From positions 1-40,088 of the forward strand of contig JBEKSO010000001.1 of assembly GCA_049516935.1 (NCBI GenBank): 40,088 bases of DNA, given 5' to 3'. The DNA is from Thermoguttaceae bacterium. GTDB taxonomy: Bacteria > Planctomycetota > Planctomycetia > Pirellulales > Thermoguttaceae. The notes under the pieces were generated by a model. That model made no database searches and had not been told where the DNA came from. It saw only the letters and a list, made by a program, of their open reading frames with translations. Positions 25,355 to 34,256 of the stretch are shown one piece after another. Both the position numbers and the translations under genes were made by a program. Position 1 is the stretch's first letter. Every line of letters starts with the position of its first letter.

Positions 25355-25466
25355 CTTTATTGAGTCTCAAGATTTTAATGTCGTAGGGCAGATTGCCAAT
25401 CTGCCCAAAAAGCAGGTTTGGCAACCTGCTCCACATGCGACATTCATTATCAGAGACTCAATAAAG
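25355..25466. repeat. family-B MITE-like element (copy B1)
   Basis: Perfect 14-nt terminal inverted repeats, CTTTATTGAGTCTC (25355-25368) and GAGACTCAATAAAG (25453-25466). Two internal hairpins: GGGCAGAT-TGCCA-ATCTGCCC (25386-25406) and AGCAGGTT-TGGC-AACCTGCT (25411-25430). Confidence 0.8.
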
Positions 25467-27668
25467 GTCGATCGCGACGATCTCATGATCCAGGATCGAA
25501 GGTACCGTGGCGGTCAGATACGCGCCTTCTTGCTCGACCGGCAACGACTTTTCGGCCGCCAGCAGTTGCACACCCTTGGCGCGGGCGCCGTCCGGCAGGC
25601 GTACGGATATCTTCTGTTCGGCGACCGGGATCAGTTCCCGAAAGGGGCCTTTCATCATCATCGGATTGGTTAGATTGACAAGGTGCACGGTCAGCGATGT
25701 TTGTTGTCGCCAAACGGTCACGTCGAGCACGCCCGGACCGGTGACGCGGACCGGCGGGTCCTCGTTTGTCGCCCAGGTGATCGCGTTTTGCAGCAGTTTG
25801 CCGTGGTCCGCGCAAAGCACCTCCCAGAAAGTCCGATCGATGTCCCAGGGGAAATAGACCACACGGCTTTGACCTGACTCGCGCAGATACACTTCGGCTA
25901 TGTCCGTTTGGGCAACCCGGGGATAAACCTTTTCCATGGGCAGATCGGGGTAAGATGGAATCAGCGTAAGCGGCGGGTGCGGAAAAGGCCGCCGGGCCTC
26001 GACCTCCAATCGCTGCGTTCCGTTGATGATCCGCGGGGCGTCTTCAAGACCCGCCAGCAGCGGTTGACGCTTGCCCGTGGCCGGATCGGTTTCCAATCGC
26101 AGATAGGAGTTGTGCATCGGGTTTTCGCCGAGATCTTTGAAAGACACGCCAAACACGTCGGCCAGGCCGAAGTCCTTACGCTTCTTGCCACGCTCGTCAT
26201 AGAGCGAAGTCTCGTATGTGGCCACAAGGCTGCCCCCGCGCCCGACATAGCCCCGCAGTTCCTCGCACTGGGCATCGGATAGGGCGGCGATGTTGGGAAG
26301 GATTAGCGTCTTGAACCGATTTACGTGGTCCGCGTCGAGCAATTGGTCGTGGACCATCTCGAACGGTATGCGGGCTTCTATAAGCGCCTGGTACCAGCCC
26401 AATGTGTGATCCTCGACTTTTTCCCGCGCCTGGTTTCCCCCGTAAAACCAGCCTGTCTGCTGCGAATAGACCATGCCCACGCGGGCAATGGGCGTTTGCC
26501 GGCGCAGATACTTTTCCGTGCGGTGGTGGTGATCATAAATGTCGGCGACGACTTTCAACCAGCGCGGGTCGTGAATCACGCCCGAAAACTTGGTGAACCA
26601 CGGTTGCATGCCGTTGGCAATCGCCTCGGCGACCCAGATTCGGATCTCGGCCTCGGTTTGGACCGAGTCTTTCCAGCGGTACGGCTCTTCCAACCCCACG
26701 CTGAAGATGCTCACAATGGGTTTTGTGCCCATCGCCGATCTGTACTCTTTGCCGGTCTTTCCGTTGAGCCACGGCGGGGCCAGGCCGCGTCTGGCTTGGC
26801 GGTCGGCGATCAGTATGGGGGCCAACTCCCCAATGGCTTTCATATCGAGCGAGCTGGTTGCCCCTCCGCCCGTGTTGGGAATGACGCACGAGTCGGGATT
26901 TATTTTCCGGACCTCGGCATCCCACAACCGCCATAATTCGAAGAGCCGTTTCTGTCGCCAGAATAAGTAATCGCGGTGTGCCGGATCCCGCGCGTCGGCG
27001 GCGCTCTGGAGGTCGCGACCGGTGGCAGCCTTGAAAAGCTGCCGGCAATTGTCGCAGTAGCATGTGCCCGAACCGTCCCAGCGATTGATGAAGATTCCGT
27101 CTACCTTATACCGGGACATGATTTCTTTTTTGACTTCAGTCATGAACTCGAAGTTGTATGGTCCCAGGGCGCAGGTTACCCACATCTCGGGCGAGGCCCA
27201 ATGCCGCCGTTTTTTGCCGTCGGCCCCCACCGCGATCCATTCGGGATGAGCCTGACAGGCATCGTCGTATGTGGCGTGCGGGTCGGTGCGGGCAATGACC
27301 ACCATGCCAAGCTTGCGGCATCCGGCCACAAGATCGCCGAATACGTCGCTTTCGCCCAGCCACTGACTGCGGTGATGAAAGGGAATCTTCGTGGGATAGT
27401 AGGCCACGCAACCGCCCGCGCTCAGGCAGACCGCATCGGATCGCGTGCGGCGGAAGTAATCCAGCCACAAATCCGGATCGAATTTTCCGGGGTCGTCTTC
27501 GACCAGCGTCAACTGCGCCCAGCGATTGGGACGGTCGATCCAGCTCGGCGATTTTTCCAAATTCTCCCCGGCCCATAATGGAGAAAAATCGCCGATGGCA
27601 AGCATCCCGCCCGCAACGGCCGTGGTTTTAAGAAATGTTCTTCGCGGTATCGAAGGTTTTGCAGTCAT
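25458..27668 (-). CDS. TAT-signal glycoside-hydrolase-like protein (GHL6 / GH42-like TIM barrel + beta-galactosidase-trimerisation-like domain)
   Basis: Twin-arginine leader (MTAKPSIPRRTFLKTTAVAGG). GHL6-like N-terminal block (DAVCLSAGGCVAYYPTKIPFHHRS...LGMVVIARTDPH...HPEWIAV). A later GGSLVATYETSLYDE...DFGLADVFGV resembles the trimerisation/GATase-like domain. The ORF-track start at 27716 is TTG; I prefer the ATG at 27668. Confidence 0.55.
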   Translation of the reverse strand: MTAKPSIPRRTFLKTTAVAGGMLAIGDFSPLWAGENLEKSPSWIDRPNRWAQLTLVEDDPGKFDPDLWLDYFRRTRSDAVCLSAGGCVAYYPTKIPFHHRSQWLGESDVFGDLVAGCRKLGMVVIARTDPHATYDDACQAHPEWIAVGADGKKRRHWASPEMWVTCALGPYNFEFMTEVKKEIMSRYKVDGIFINRWDGSGTCYCDNCRQLFKAATGRDLQSAADARDPAHRDYLFWRQKRLFELWRLWDAEVRKINPDSCVIPNTGGGATSSLDMKAIGELAPILIADRQARRGLAPPWLNGKTGKEYRSAMGTKPIVSIFSVGLEEPYRWKDSVQTEAEIRIWVAEAIANGMQPWFTKFSGVIHDPRWLKVVADIYDHHHRTEKYLRRQTPIARVGMVYSQQTGWFYGGNQAREKVEDHTLGWYQALIEARIPFEMVHDQLLDADHVNRFKTLILPNIAALSDAQCEELRGYVGRGGSLVATYETSLYDERGKKRKDFGLADVFGVSFKDLGENPMHNSYLRLETDPATGKRQPLLAGLEDAPRIINGTQRLEVEARRPFPHPPLTLIPSYPDLPMEKVYPRVAQTDIAEVYLRESGQSRVVYFPWDIDRTFWEVLCADHGKLLQNAITWATNEDPPVRVTGPGVLDVTVWRQQTSLTVHLVNLTNPMMMKGPFRELIPVAEQKISVRLPDGARAKGVQLLAAEKSLPVEQEGAYLTATVPSILDHEIVAIDLY

Positions 27669-27946
27669 GGTTGGTAATAATATGTTGTGAACATAGTTGC
27701 CGTTATGGAAAATCAAATAGGTGCATGATTGCGCACAAGAATGTTATTTTCCTGTGAAATCGCGTGCGTGCAAATACGCACACTACGGTCTGTAAAAAGC
27801 AGGGGGATTTCTAATTATCCTTGACCGGCGTACGATTTGCAACAGGCAAGAGCAGGAGTCCCGAAAAGGCAGACGGACTCTGAACGGGACTGACAAAGAA
27901 GGAAATGTCGAGGCGTTTTCATCACTCAGATAAGTGTAGTGTGTTG

Positions 27947-28025
27947 GGTGCCATGCCCACGCTCGTCGTGTGCATGTTTTCCCGAGAATTACGCAGCATG
28001 GCCACGCAAGCGCGGCCATGGCACC
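27947..28025. repeat. REP-like inverted repeat GGTGCCATGCCCACGC / GCGCGGCCATGGCACC
   Basis: The arms at 27947-27962 and 28010-28025 are complementary at 14/16 positions. A nested hairpin CATGGCCACGC-AA-GCGCGGCCATG lies at 27997-28020. It is intergenic, downstream of the barrel gene. Confidence 0.65.
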
Positions 28026-28087
28026 CGATACACTCAAACGAGATGCTCACTAATCCCCTGCATTCTTTGAGCGAGAAAAACCGCTCG

Positions 28088-29170
28088 TTATCGCGTTAGT
28101 CCAAATGTCAAGCCAAAACCTTCGAAGCCCAGGAAGGTGAGAGTCGGAGCGCCTGCATCGGACCAAAGCTGACCTTCATACGTGGCACGGACGTAAAGTT
28201 GGCCGCCCCGGGCGATCTGTCGGACCCATTGTGCGCCGATCTCCAATTCGCCGCCGCCAACCACGTCGTCGGCATTTCTTAGCTCCACCGAAGGCGGATT
28301 GGGAGGAGAAGGCGGGCTGACCTGACGGCTGAGGTTCTTCTCGCCGTACAACAATGCTCCGCGCCCAGCGCCCACGAATTCCAGTCCCCAAGATCCCAAA
28401 GGTCGCCGCAGATCAAATCCAACTGTCGGACCAATGCCGCGGTATGTTCGCGACCAGTACAGTTGCTGAGTGGTTATTCCACCGTTAGTCACGTAGGCCG
28501 AGGAGTCTTGAACCAGCGACATATAACGCAATCCTCCACTTCCCTTCATGAGGAAGCTTCCCAAACGCAGGTTTTGCGTTCCCTCCAAGTCCAGGGTCTG
28601 CACATTCAGTCCGTTGGCAATTGACAGGGTGTCGCCAGGCGCCGCAGCGACGATGGAAGCAGGAAAGATAACCGTCATCGCTTGCGCCGTGTACAATGTG
28701 GTTCCGTCAGCCACGAAGACACCTGGTCGGGCGGAGTGGTCGAACTGCCAGAAGGTAGCGCGTACGCCGAGCCCGTCGGCGCGGGTGTAGCCCAGCCAAG
28801 CCCGCGGCGTGGCGTCGAAGTCGAAATTGAAACCCATAAGGTCCATTTGTCCGGTCAGCAGCGACAGCGAAGTCGCTTGGAAGGACTCTTTGTAAAACGG
28901 CTTGGCGAATACAAGGGCAGCGCCGCCGTACCATCCACTGTCATAGGGACACTCGCACATATCGGAGAGGCACTCGCCGCCGGTCGCTTGGCAATCCAGG
29001 CGACAGTGCAATGAGTCAATCTCCTGTTGCATTTGCATTAATCGCTGCTCTGTGGCGTCTCCGGGAACCGGGTCAACGGGCTGCTGCCCCAAGCTTGTCC
29101 CAACGGTAAACACGACGCTGATTGCAGCGAGCACGCGTACGATCCGGATCAGCAGCATGGTACGCTCCAT
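28088..29170 (-). CDS. putative outer-membrane beta-barrel/porin-like protein (BBP7 / Lpg1974-like)
   Basis: Signal peptide (MERTMLLIRIVRVLAAISVVFTVG), a Cys-rich segment (CRLDCQATGGECLSDMCEC), then alternating-hydrophobicity strands starting GWYGGAALVFAKPFYKE and ending ...GFEGFGLTFGLTR. Family assignment is by resemblance only. Confidence 0.45.
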   Translation of the reverse strand: MERTMLLIRIVRVLAAISVVFTVGTSLGQQPVDPVPGDATEQRLMQMQQEIDSLHCRLDCQATGGECLSDMCECPYDSGWYGGAALVFAKPFYKESFQATSLSLLTGQMDLMGFNFDFDATPRAWLGYTRADGLGVRATFWQFDHSARPGVFVADGTTLYTAQAMTVIFPASIVAAAPGDTLSIANGLNVQTLDLEGTQNLRLGSFLMKGSGGLRYMSLVQDSSAYVTNGGITTQQLYWSRTYRGIGPTVGFDLRRPLGSWGLEFVGAGRGALLYGEKNLSRQVSPPSPPNPPSVELRNADDVVGGGELEIGAQWVRQIARGGQLYVRATYEGQLWSDAGAPTLTFLGFEGFGLTFGLTR

Positions 29171-29412
29171 TTGAGAAATCTGACGAGACCAATAGACAAG
29201 CATTCTTCTAGGGGGGTTATTACACACTTTCGGCTGAATCAGGCGTTAAAGTTTATTTTTTCGGAAAATTCCGCCAAGGAAATAAGGGAAATAAGGAAGA
29301 TGGGGAAATAAGAGGTCGGAAGTATTTTTCAGATGCTGAAAAATCGGGAAAAACACGGGCAAGATGCCCGTGCCATGACTTTACCAGTTACGCCAAAATA
29401 ATTATGTGCCCT

Positions 29413-29466
29413 AGCGTGATATACGACCGCAACCAAGACCCCCGATGTATTCACAGGGGGCTAAAT
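29413..29466. repeat. family-D repeat (copy D1)
   Basis: AGCGTGATATACGACCGCAACCAAGACCCCCGATGTATTCACAGGGGGCTAAAT is about 45/54 identical to 37401-37454. The hairpin here is degenerate. Confidence 0.7.
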
Positions 29467-29703
29467 AAAATGCGCACAGAACGCGATCAAATCTTTATCA
29501 CCACACCGGGAACAAGTTCCCGGGCCAAATGTTGAACACGACAGTTATTGCATGACATTCGATAAATGTATTCACCGAAGGCTAGATGATTGGTGTGCAA
29601 ATCTATCCCGGCGTGAACGTCGTGTCTAAGATCGCCTGCGGCGGGCAACGCCCATAAATGGGCGCTAAGTTTTAGGTGAATCAACCTGCCAACTCATTAC
29701 TCT

Positions 29704-31875
29704 TCAATATATGATTGTTTCATCGGGAGCGATGAAAACGATCATCGAGTGCCCTTCGATCGGCACTCGGCCGTCGGCCGGAGGCGGCGGGCCGTCCAAA
29801 GAAGGATATATGTCACCGGGGCTATCGGCCGCGGTGTCGATGAACTTCCGCCAGGCAATGCGGCCCACGGCGTTGGGAATAATAAACTCTTGCGGACCGA
29901 TTCCGGCATTGAACATCATCAACAGGTGGTGATTCTCCGGCGCAAGCAGTTCTTCCCTTGGCGCCGCGGCCAGCAGGCAAACCAAAGAATTTTCCTCGCC
30001 CGTCCAATCGACAGTTTCACCGGCGGCGGTGAACCAGGTGACGTCGGGAAACCCGCTGGGAAGTGGAGGCTCGCCGTACAAGAAATTCGTTCGCCGCACG
30101 CTCGGTTCCGTGCGGCGGAAGGCGATCAGGGCCCGGCAGAACCGCCATAGGGTCTGATTTTTTTCCACCAGCGACCAATTGAACCAGGAAATGGCGTTGT
30201 CCTGGCAATATGCGTTGTTGTTTCCATCCTGGGTTCGCCGGCACTCGTCGCCCGAAAGGATCATGGGCACGCCTTGGCTGAGCATGAGCGTGGCCAGCAT
30301 GTTTTTAATTTGCCGATTGCGGAGATGCTCGACAGCGGCGCGACGGGTCGGGCCTTCGACGCCGTAGTTGTAACTATAGTTGTTGGCTTCGCCGTCGCGG
30401 TTGCCTTCGCCGTTGGCTTCGTTGTGTTTTTCGTTGTAGCTGGCCAGGTCGTTTAGGGTAAAGCCGTCGTGGGAGGTAATGAAATTTATGCTATGATACG
30501 GTTTTCGCCCGCTGGATTGGTAAAGATCGCTGGATCCGGCCAGGCGCGTGGCCAGATTACCGACCATGTTTGCTTCGCCGCGCCAAAAACGCCGCACGTC
30601 GTCGCGATAGCGGCCGTTCCATTCGGCCCAGCGCATGCTGCCGAAGGTGCCCACCTGGTAGGCGCCCGAGGCGTCCCAGGCCTCGGCGATGATTTTCGTG
30701 TCGGCCAAAAGCGGATCTTCGCCGATCGATTCCACCACCGGCGGATTGGGTATCAGTTCGCCGTTGCGGTCGCGGCTCAAGATCGAAGCCAGATCGAAGC
30801 GGAAGCCGTCGACGTGGCAGTTGTGAACCCAATAGCGCAGGCAAAGGAAGATCAGTTCGCGGACTATGGGGTGGTTGCCGTTGAGCGTGTTGCCGCAACC
30901 GGAATAATTGCGATAAGTGCCCCCGCCGTTTTCCAACATGTAATAAACGCGATTTTCCAAGCCCTTGAAACTCAGCGTGGGCCCGTATTCATTGCCTTCC
31001 GCCGTATGGTTGAATACCACGTCGAGGATCACCTCGATGCCTGCCTGGTGCAATGCCCGGACCATCTCCTTGAATTCCAGCACCTGGCTGCCCGGCTCCG
31101 CCCCCGTGGCGTAACCCCGGTGCGGGGCAAAGAACGCCAGCGGATCGTATCCCCAATAATTCGGGCGCTCCTGCTTGTGACCGAAGCAATCGATGTCGGA
31201 TGAAAACTCGTGCACCGGCATAAGTTCCACGGCCGTCACGCCCAGCGATTGCAGGTAAGGGATCTTTTCGATTATGCCCAGATATGTCCCGGGATGAGCA
31301 ACTCCGCTGGAACGCGAGTGGGTGAAACCGCGCACGTGCATTTCATAAATGATCGTTTCGGGCAAGGAGCGGCGCAAGTGCCTGTCGCCCTGCCAATCGA
31401 ACTCGTCGCTCACGACCACGCACTTGGGCGGGCGGATCAGGCCGTCGTCGGCCGGCAAAAATTCCCCGGCCAGGGCCTTGGCATAAGGATCGATCAGGCG
31501 GGCCTTGGGATCGAAGCGATTTCCTTTATCCGGTTCATTGGGACCGTCGGCCTGATAATGATAAAGCTGACCCGGGCCCACGCCCGGAACAAAGATACTC
31601 CAGATATCGCCCCAGCGATTCAAATCTTTATCGAAATCGATGCTTTGCCTGGGCTCGCGGTCTGAAACATGGTCGTATAAAAGCACGCGCATGGCCGTGG
31701 CGCGGCGGGAGAAAACCACGAATTGCACCCCTCCGTCGTGTACAATCGCACCGTAAGGAAGTGGGTGGGCAAATTTCAATACCGCGGGACGTTCGAACAT
31801 TGTTTTGAGCCCGGTGCTATATCCTGGAACCATCCCTACTTGGCAGGCATACCATTGGTTTACGTCAAGCGACAT
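29704..31875 (-). CDS. glgX: glycogen debranching enzyme GlgX (GH13)
   Basis: GH13 conserved regions are present: DVVFNHTAEG, VDGFRFDLASIL, IAEAWDA and FITSHDGFTLNDLASYNEKHNEANGE, plus an N-terminal CBM48-like LPYGAIVHDGGVQFVVFS. An alternative ATG at 31800 is possible. Confidence 0.9.
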   Translation of the reverse strand: MSLDVNQWYACQVGMVPGYSTGLKTMFERPAVLKFAHPLPYGAIVHDGGVQFVVFSRRATAMRVLLYDHVSDREPRQSIDFDKDLNRWGDIWSIFVPGVGPGQLYHYQADGPNEPDKGNRFDPKARLIDPYAKALAGEFLPADDGLIRPPKCVVVSDEFDWQGDRHLRRSLPETIIYEMHVRGFTHSRSSGVAHPGTYLGIIEKIPYLQSLGVTAVELMPVHEFSSDIDCFGHKQERPNYWGYDPLAFFAPHRGYATGAEPGSQVLEFKEMVRALHQAGIEVILDVVFNHTAEGNEYGPTLSFKGLENRVYYMLENGGGTYRNYSGCGNTLNGNHPIVRELIFLCLRYWVHNCHVDGFRFDLASILSRDRNGELIPNPPVVESIGEDPLLADTKIIAEAWDASGAYQVGTFGSMRWAEWNGRYRDDVRRFWRGEANMVGNLATRLAGSSDLYQSSGRKPYHSINFITSHDGFTLNDLASYNEKHNEANGEGNRDGEANNYSYNYGVEGPTRRAAVEHLRNRQIKNMLATLMLSQGVPMILSGDECRRTQDGNNNAYCQDNAISWFNWSLVEKNQTLWRFCRALIAFRRTEPSVRRTNFLYGEPPLPSGFPDVTWFTAAGETVDWTGEENSLVCLLAAAPREELLAPENHHLLMMFNAGIGPQEFIIPNAVGRIAWRKFIDTAADSPGDIYPSLDGPPPPADGRVPIEGHSMIVFIAPDETIIY

Positions 31876-32123
31876 GCTAAACCTGTTGAAACTATAGGTT
31901 ACGTTGTTTGGGCAAGATGAAACGGCAAGAAACTAGTCTACCCCTATATTCATTCACCTATTTTTCGGCCGTTGGGCCGCACGGCCTAAAAAGAGCCTTC
32001 CATATCCCTTGTTATCGGCATGAGCCGCAGATGCTGTAAAATTTAACGATTTTTATGGCTTTGCGTGGTTTTGGGCAGTTAGCCCCGGCGAACATGCTTT
32101 TGCAGGGAGAGCGTGGTTTTTCG

Positions 32124-32232
32124 TTTTATTGAGAGTCAGGAAAACAATGTCGTGGTGTAGTAGGTAAATAAAGCCAAGCCCACGGGTTGCAATCCGTGGG
32201 CTTAAAGACATTCATTATCTGAGACTCAATAG
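32124..32232. repeat. family-B MITE-like element (copy B2) carrying a family-D-like hairpin
   Basis: The ends TTTTATTGAGAGTC...AATGTCGT and GACATTCATTATCTGAGACTCAATAG match B1. The interior is different, with TAAAGCCAAGCCCACGG-GTTGCAAT-CCGTGGGCTTAAAG (hairpin at 32178-32201). Confidence 0.7.
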
Positions 32233-32265
32233 CCTCGGTGAACACATCGGGGGCTAGAGAAGGCG

Positions 32266-32970
32266 CTAAGCCAATTTGATCAACGCGCATTGCGTGGAAG
32301 GAAACTGCACAGGGCGTTCGGGTTTGTCGCGCAAAAAGTCATCGAATGCCTTGCGCACACCGGCCAGGATCGAGTAATCGTGCGATAATATGACCCCGCC
32401 TGTAATAAGCCGCGGGTAAAAATATTCCAGGCCGGCCAGGGTGCTTTCATATAAATCCACGTCGAGGTGCACGAAGGAAAACCGCCGCTCGGGCAGCGTC
32501 TTGGCCGAATCCGGGAAAAGCCCGGGGTAGAAATAGACATTCTTGTAACTCTTTAATAATTCCTGCACCGATTCGAGCGAGCAGAGATACTGTTTTTCAC
32601 GATGCACGCCCTTGTCGGCCGAACTGCTTTGCGGCAGTCCGCCGAAGGTGTCGAACAAGTGCAACTCAACCTCGCCCTTGGCCTCGCAAAGCAGTTTGGC
32701 CGAAGCGCCCTGAAACACGCCGACCTCGGCCATGGCGCCGGGCAGGCCGCTGTAGGCTTTAGCGAAAGAATAGACAGTGAATGCCTCGTAAGCGGTTTGC
32801 AGCGATTGGCGTTCGCGGCGGACTTGCTTGACCAGTCGCACCGCCTCGGGTTCCTTGTGCTGTCCTAAAAAAAATATTTGCACCCGAGAAATTGTATTTA
32901 GAAAAAAACGCTCCAAAAACCCGCCGCCGACCAATTTTTGCAGCTTGGGATTATGTGTCAGTTTAGTCAT
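32266..32970 (-). CDS. TylF/MycF-family class I SAM-dependent O-methyltransferase
   Basis: The 234-aa protein has GAMAEVGVFQGASAKLL (SAM-binding loop), FSFVHLDVDLYESTLAGLEYFYPRL and GGVILSHDY (the metal/Asp positions typical of macrocin-O-methyltransferase-like proteins). Confidence 0.7.
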   Translation of the reverse strand: MTKLTHNPKLQKLVGGGFLERFFLNTISRVQIFFLGQHKEPEAVRLVKQVRRERQSLQTAYEAFTVYSFAKAYSGLPGAMAEVGVFQGASAKLLCEAKGEVELHLFDTFGGLPQSSSADKGVHREKQYLCSLESVQELLKSYKNVYFYPGLFPDSAKTLPERRFSFVHLDVDLYESTLAGLEYFYPRLITGGVILSHDYSILAGVRKAFDDFLRDKPERPVQFPSTQCALIKLA

Positions 32971-33022
32971 GATCGCCGATCTCCGAATTAAATTGATAAT
33001 TTGCGACCTTTTACGACATTCA

Positions 33023-33140
33023 ATGTAGTAGGCACACTCCGTGTGCCGTTTGTGATGTTTTCTTACCGATGAACTTCATACGGACGGCACGGGGAGTGTA
33101 CAGTTTCAAACGGACGGCACACGGAGTGTGCCTGCTACAT
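33023..33140. repeat. family-A inverted-repeat element (copy A2)
   Basis: ATGTAGTAGGCACACTCCGTGTGCCGT (33023-33049) against ACGGCACACGGAGTGTGCCTGCTACAT (33114-33140), complementary at 26/27. There is an extra partial arm at 33084-33103. Confidence 0.85.
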
Positions 33141-33168
33141 AGGCGCAGGATATCCGTGAACGATTACA

Positions 33169-34020
33169 TTATTTTTCAGTTTCCGATTCTTCGGTGAGTA
33201 TTCCCTCGGGATGGAAAACGGTATGGCAGTCGGTGCAGCTTTTAGTGAGTTTTTGCATGGCTTCGGTCGCGTCAGGTTCGTTGCCGGCGTGGATGGCGGC
33301 ATTAGCCGCCCCGGCTGCATCGCGCATCTCGGCGGAAAACCCGTACCACTGGTTTATCTGTTGCGGATTTTTTGCCGCGCCGGCGTCGGCCATCGAACCC
33401 TGGGCAATGGCGGCAATGGCGGCCGTATAGCCCGCGGTCTCCTTGGCCTTGGTTTTGAATTTCGAGCCCTTGATGTTTCGTTTCAACTTAGTGTTGATAT
33501 TGGGAACTTGCTTCATCAGATCGGGCAAGGAGGCCACCTTTTCCCACTTTAAATCGCCCTGGGCCGGAAGCTTGCCCTCGGCGGCCGCCTTAACTGCGTC
33601 GAACGCCTTTTTCGCCGATTGATAATCGGCGGCAGCGGCAAGTTCCCGGGCGGCCTTAATTAATGCCGGCGCGCGGGCCTTGTACTGGTTGTCTTCATCG
33701 TGCATGCCCAGACAAAGGGCGATCACCGCCAGGGTGTTGGAGCATCTGCCGATCTTGCCTTCCGAATCCTTATACTCTTGTTCGTCTGCCAGCGTAGTTT
33801 CGATTTCCTTGATATAATTTCGAACTTGATCGGCCAGGTCCTTGGCCGGGGCAAATGAAGAAAGTTTCGGCACGTCCGGCAGCGCTGGTGTATTGGGATC
33901 CTCCTTATTTTCCGACCCAGCCGCGGACACAAGCGCGCAAACGGCCGCGAATATCCAAACCATCACAATTCCCAGCCCCGGCGACGTGGCGAATGATCGA
34001 CTAATTCCTGCTCTCAACAT
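33169..34020 (-). CDS. secreted helical heme protein with a single C-terminal CXXCH (cytochrome c-prime / class II cytochrome c-like)
   Basis: Signal peptide (IVMVWIFAAVCALVSAAG), an Ala/Lys-rich predicted helical body, and a heme-c motif CTDCH placed ~20 aa from the C-terminus as in class II c-type cytochromes. AGGAG lies 10 nt before the ATG at 34020. Confidence 0.4.
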   Translation of the reverse strand: MLRAGISRSFATSPGLGIVMVWIFAAVCALVSAAGSENKEDPNTPALPDVPKLSSFAPAKDLADQVRNYIKEIETTLADEQEYKDSEGKIGRCSNTLAVIALCLGMHDEDNQYKARAPALIKAARELAAAADYQSAKKAFDAVKAAAEGKLPAQGDLKWEKVASLPDLMKQVPNINTKLKRNIKGSKFKTKAKETAGYTAAIAAIAQGSMADAGAAKNPQQINQWYGFSAEMRDAAGAANAAIHAGNEPDATEAMQKLTKSCTDCHTVFHPEGILTEESETEK

Positions 34021-34256
34021 GATGCTTAAGCTCCTAACAGTTTGAGCGTGTCCTGAAATACATCGTTAAAAACCTCGTTTGGGTCAAAGTTATACCGTTA
34101 AAGCCTTGTTGGGGCGACAGTTATACTGCCGTCCCCATATGATCTGGCACGGCTGCGGGAGTACAACAGTCGCACCAACGATATTGGTATTTAGGGGGCA
34201 TTTGCAGTCTATTGAAAAGCCGAGCTTTGCAGCTTTTCAGCTTCCTGTCAAGAGGT

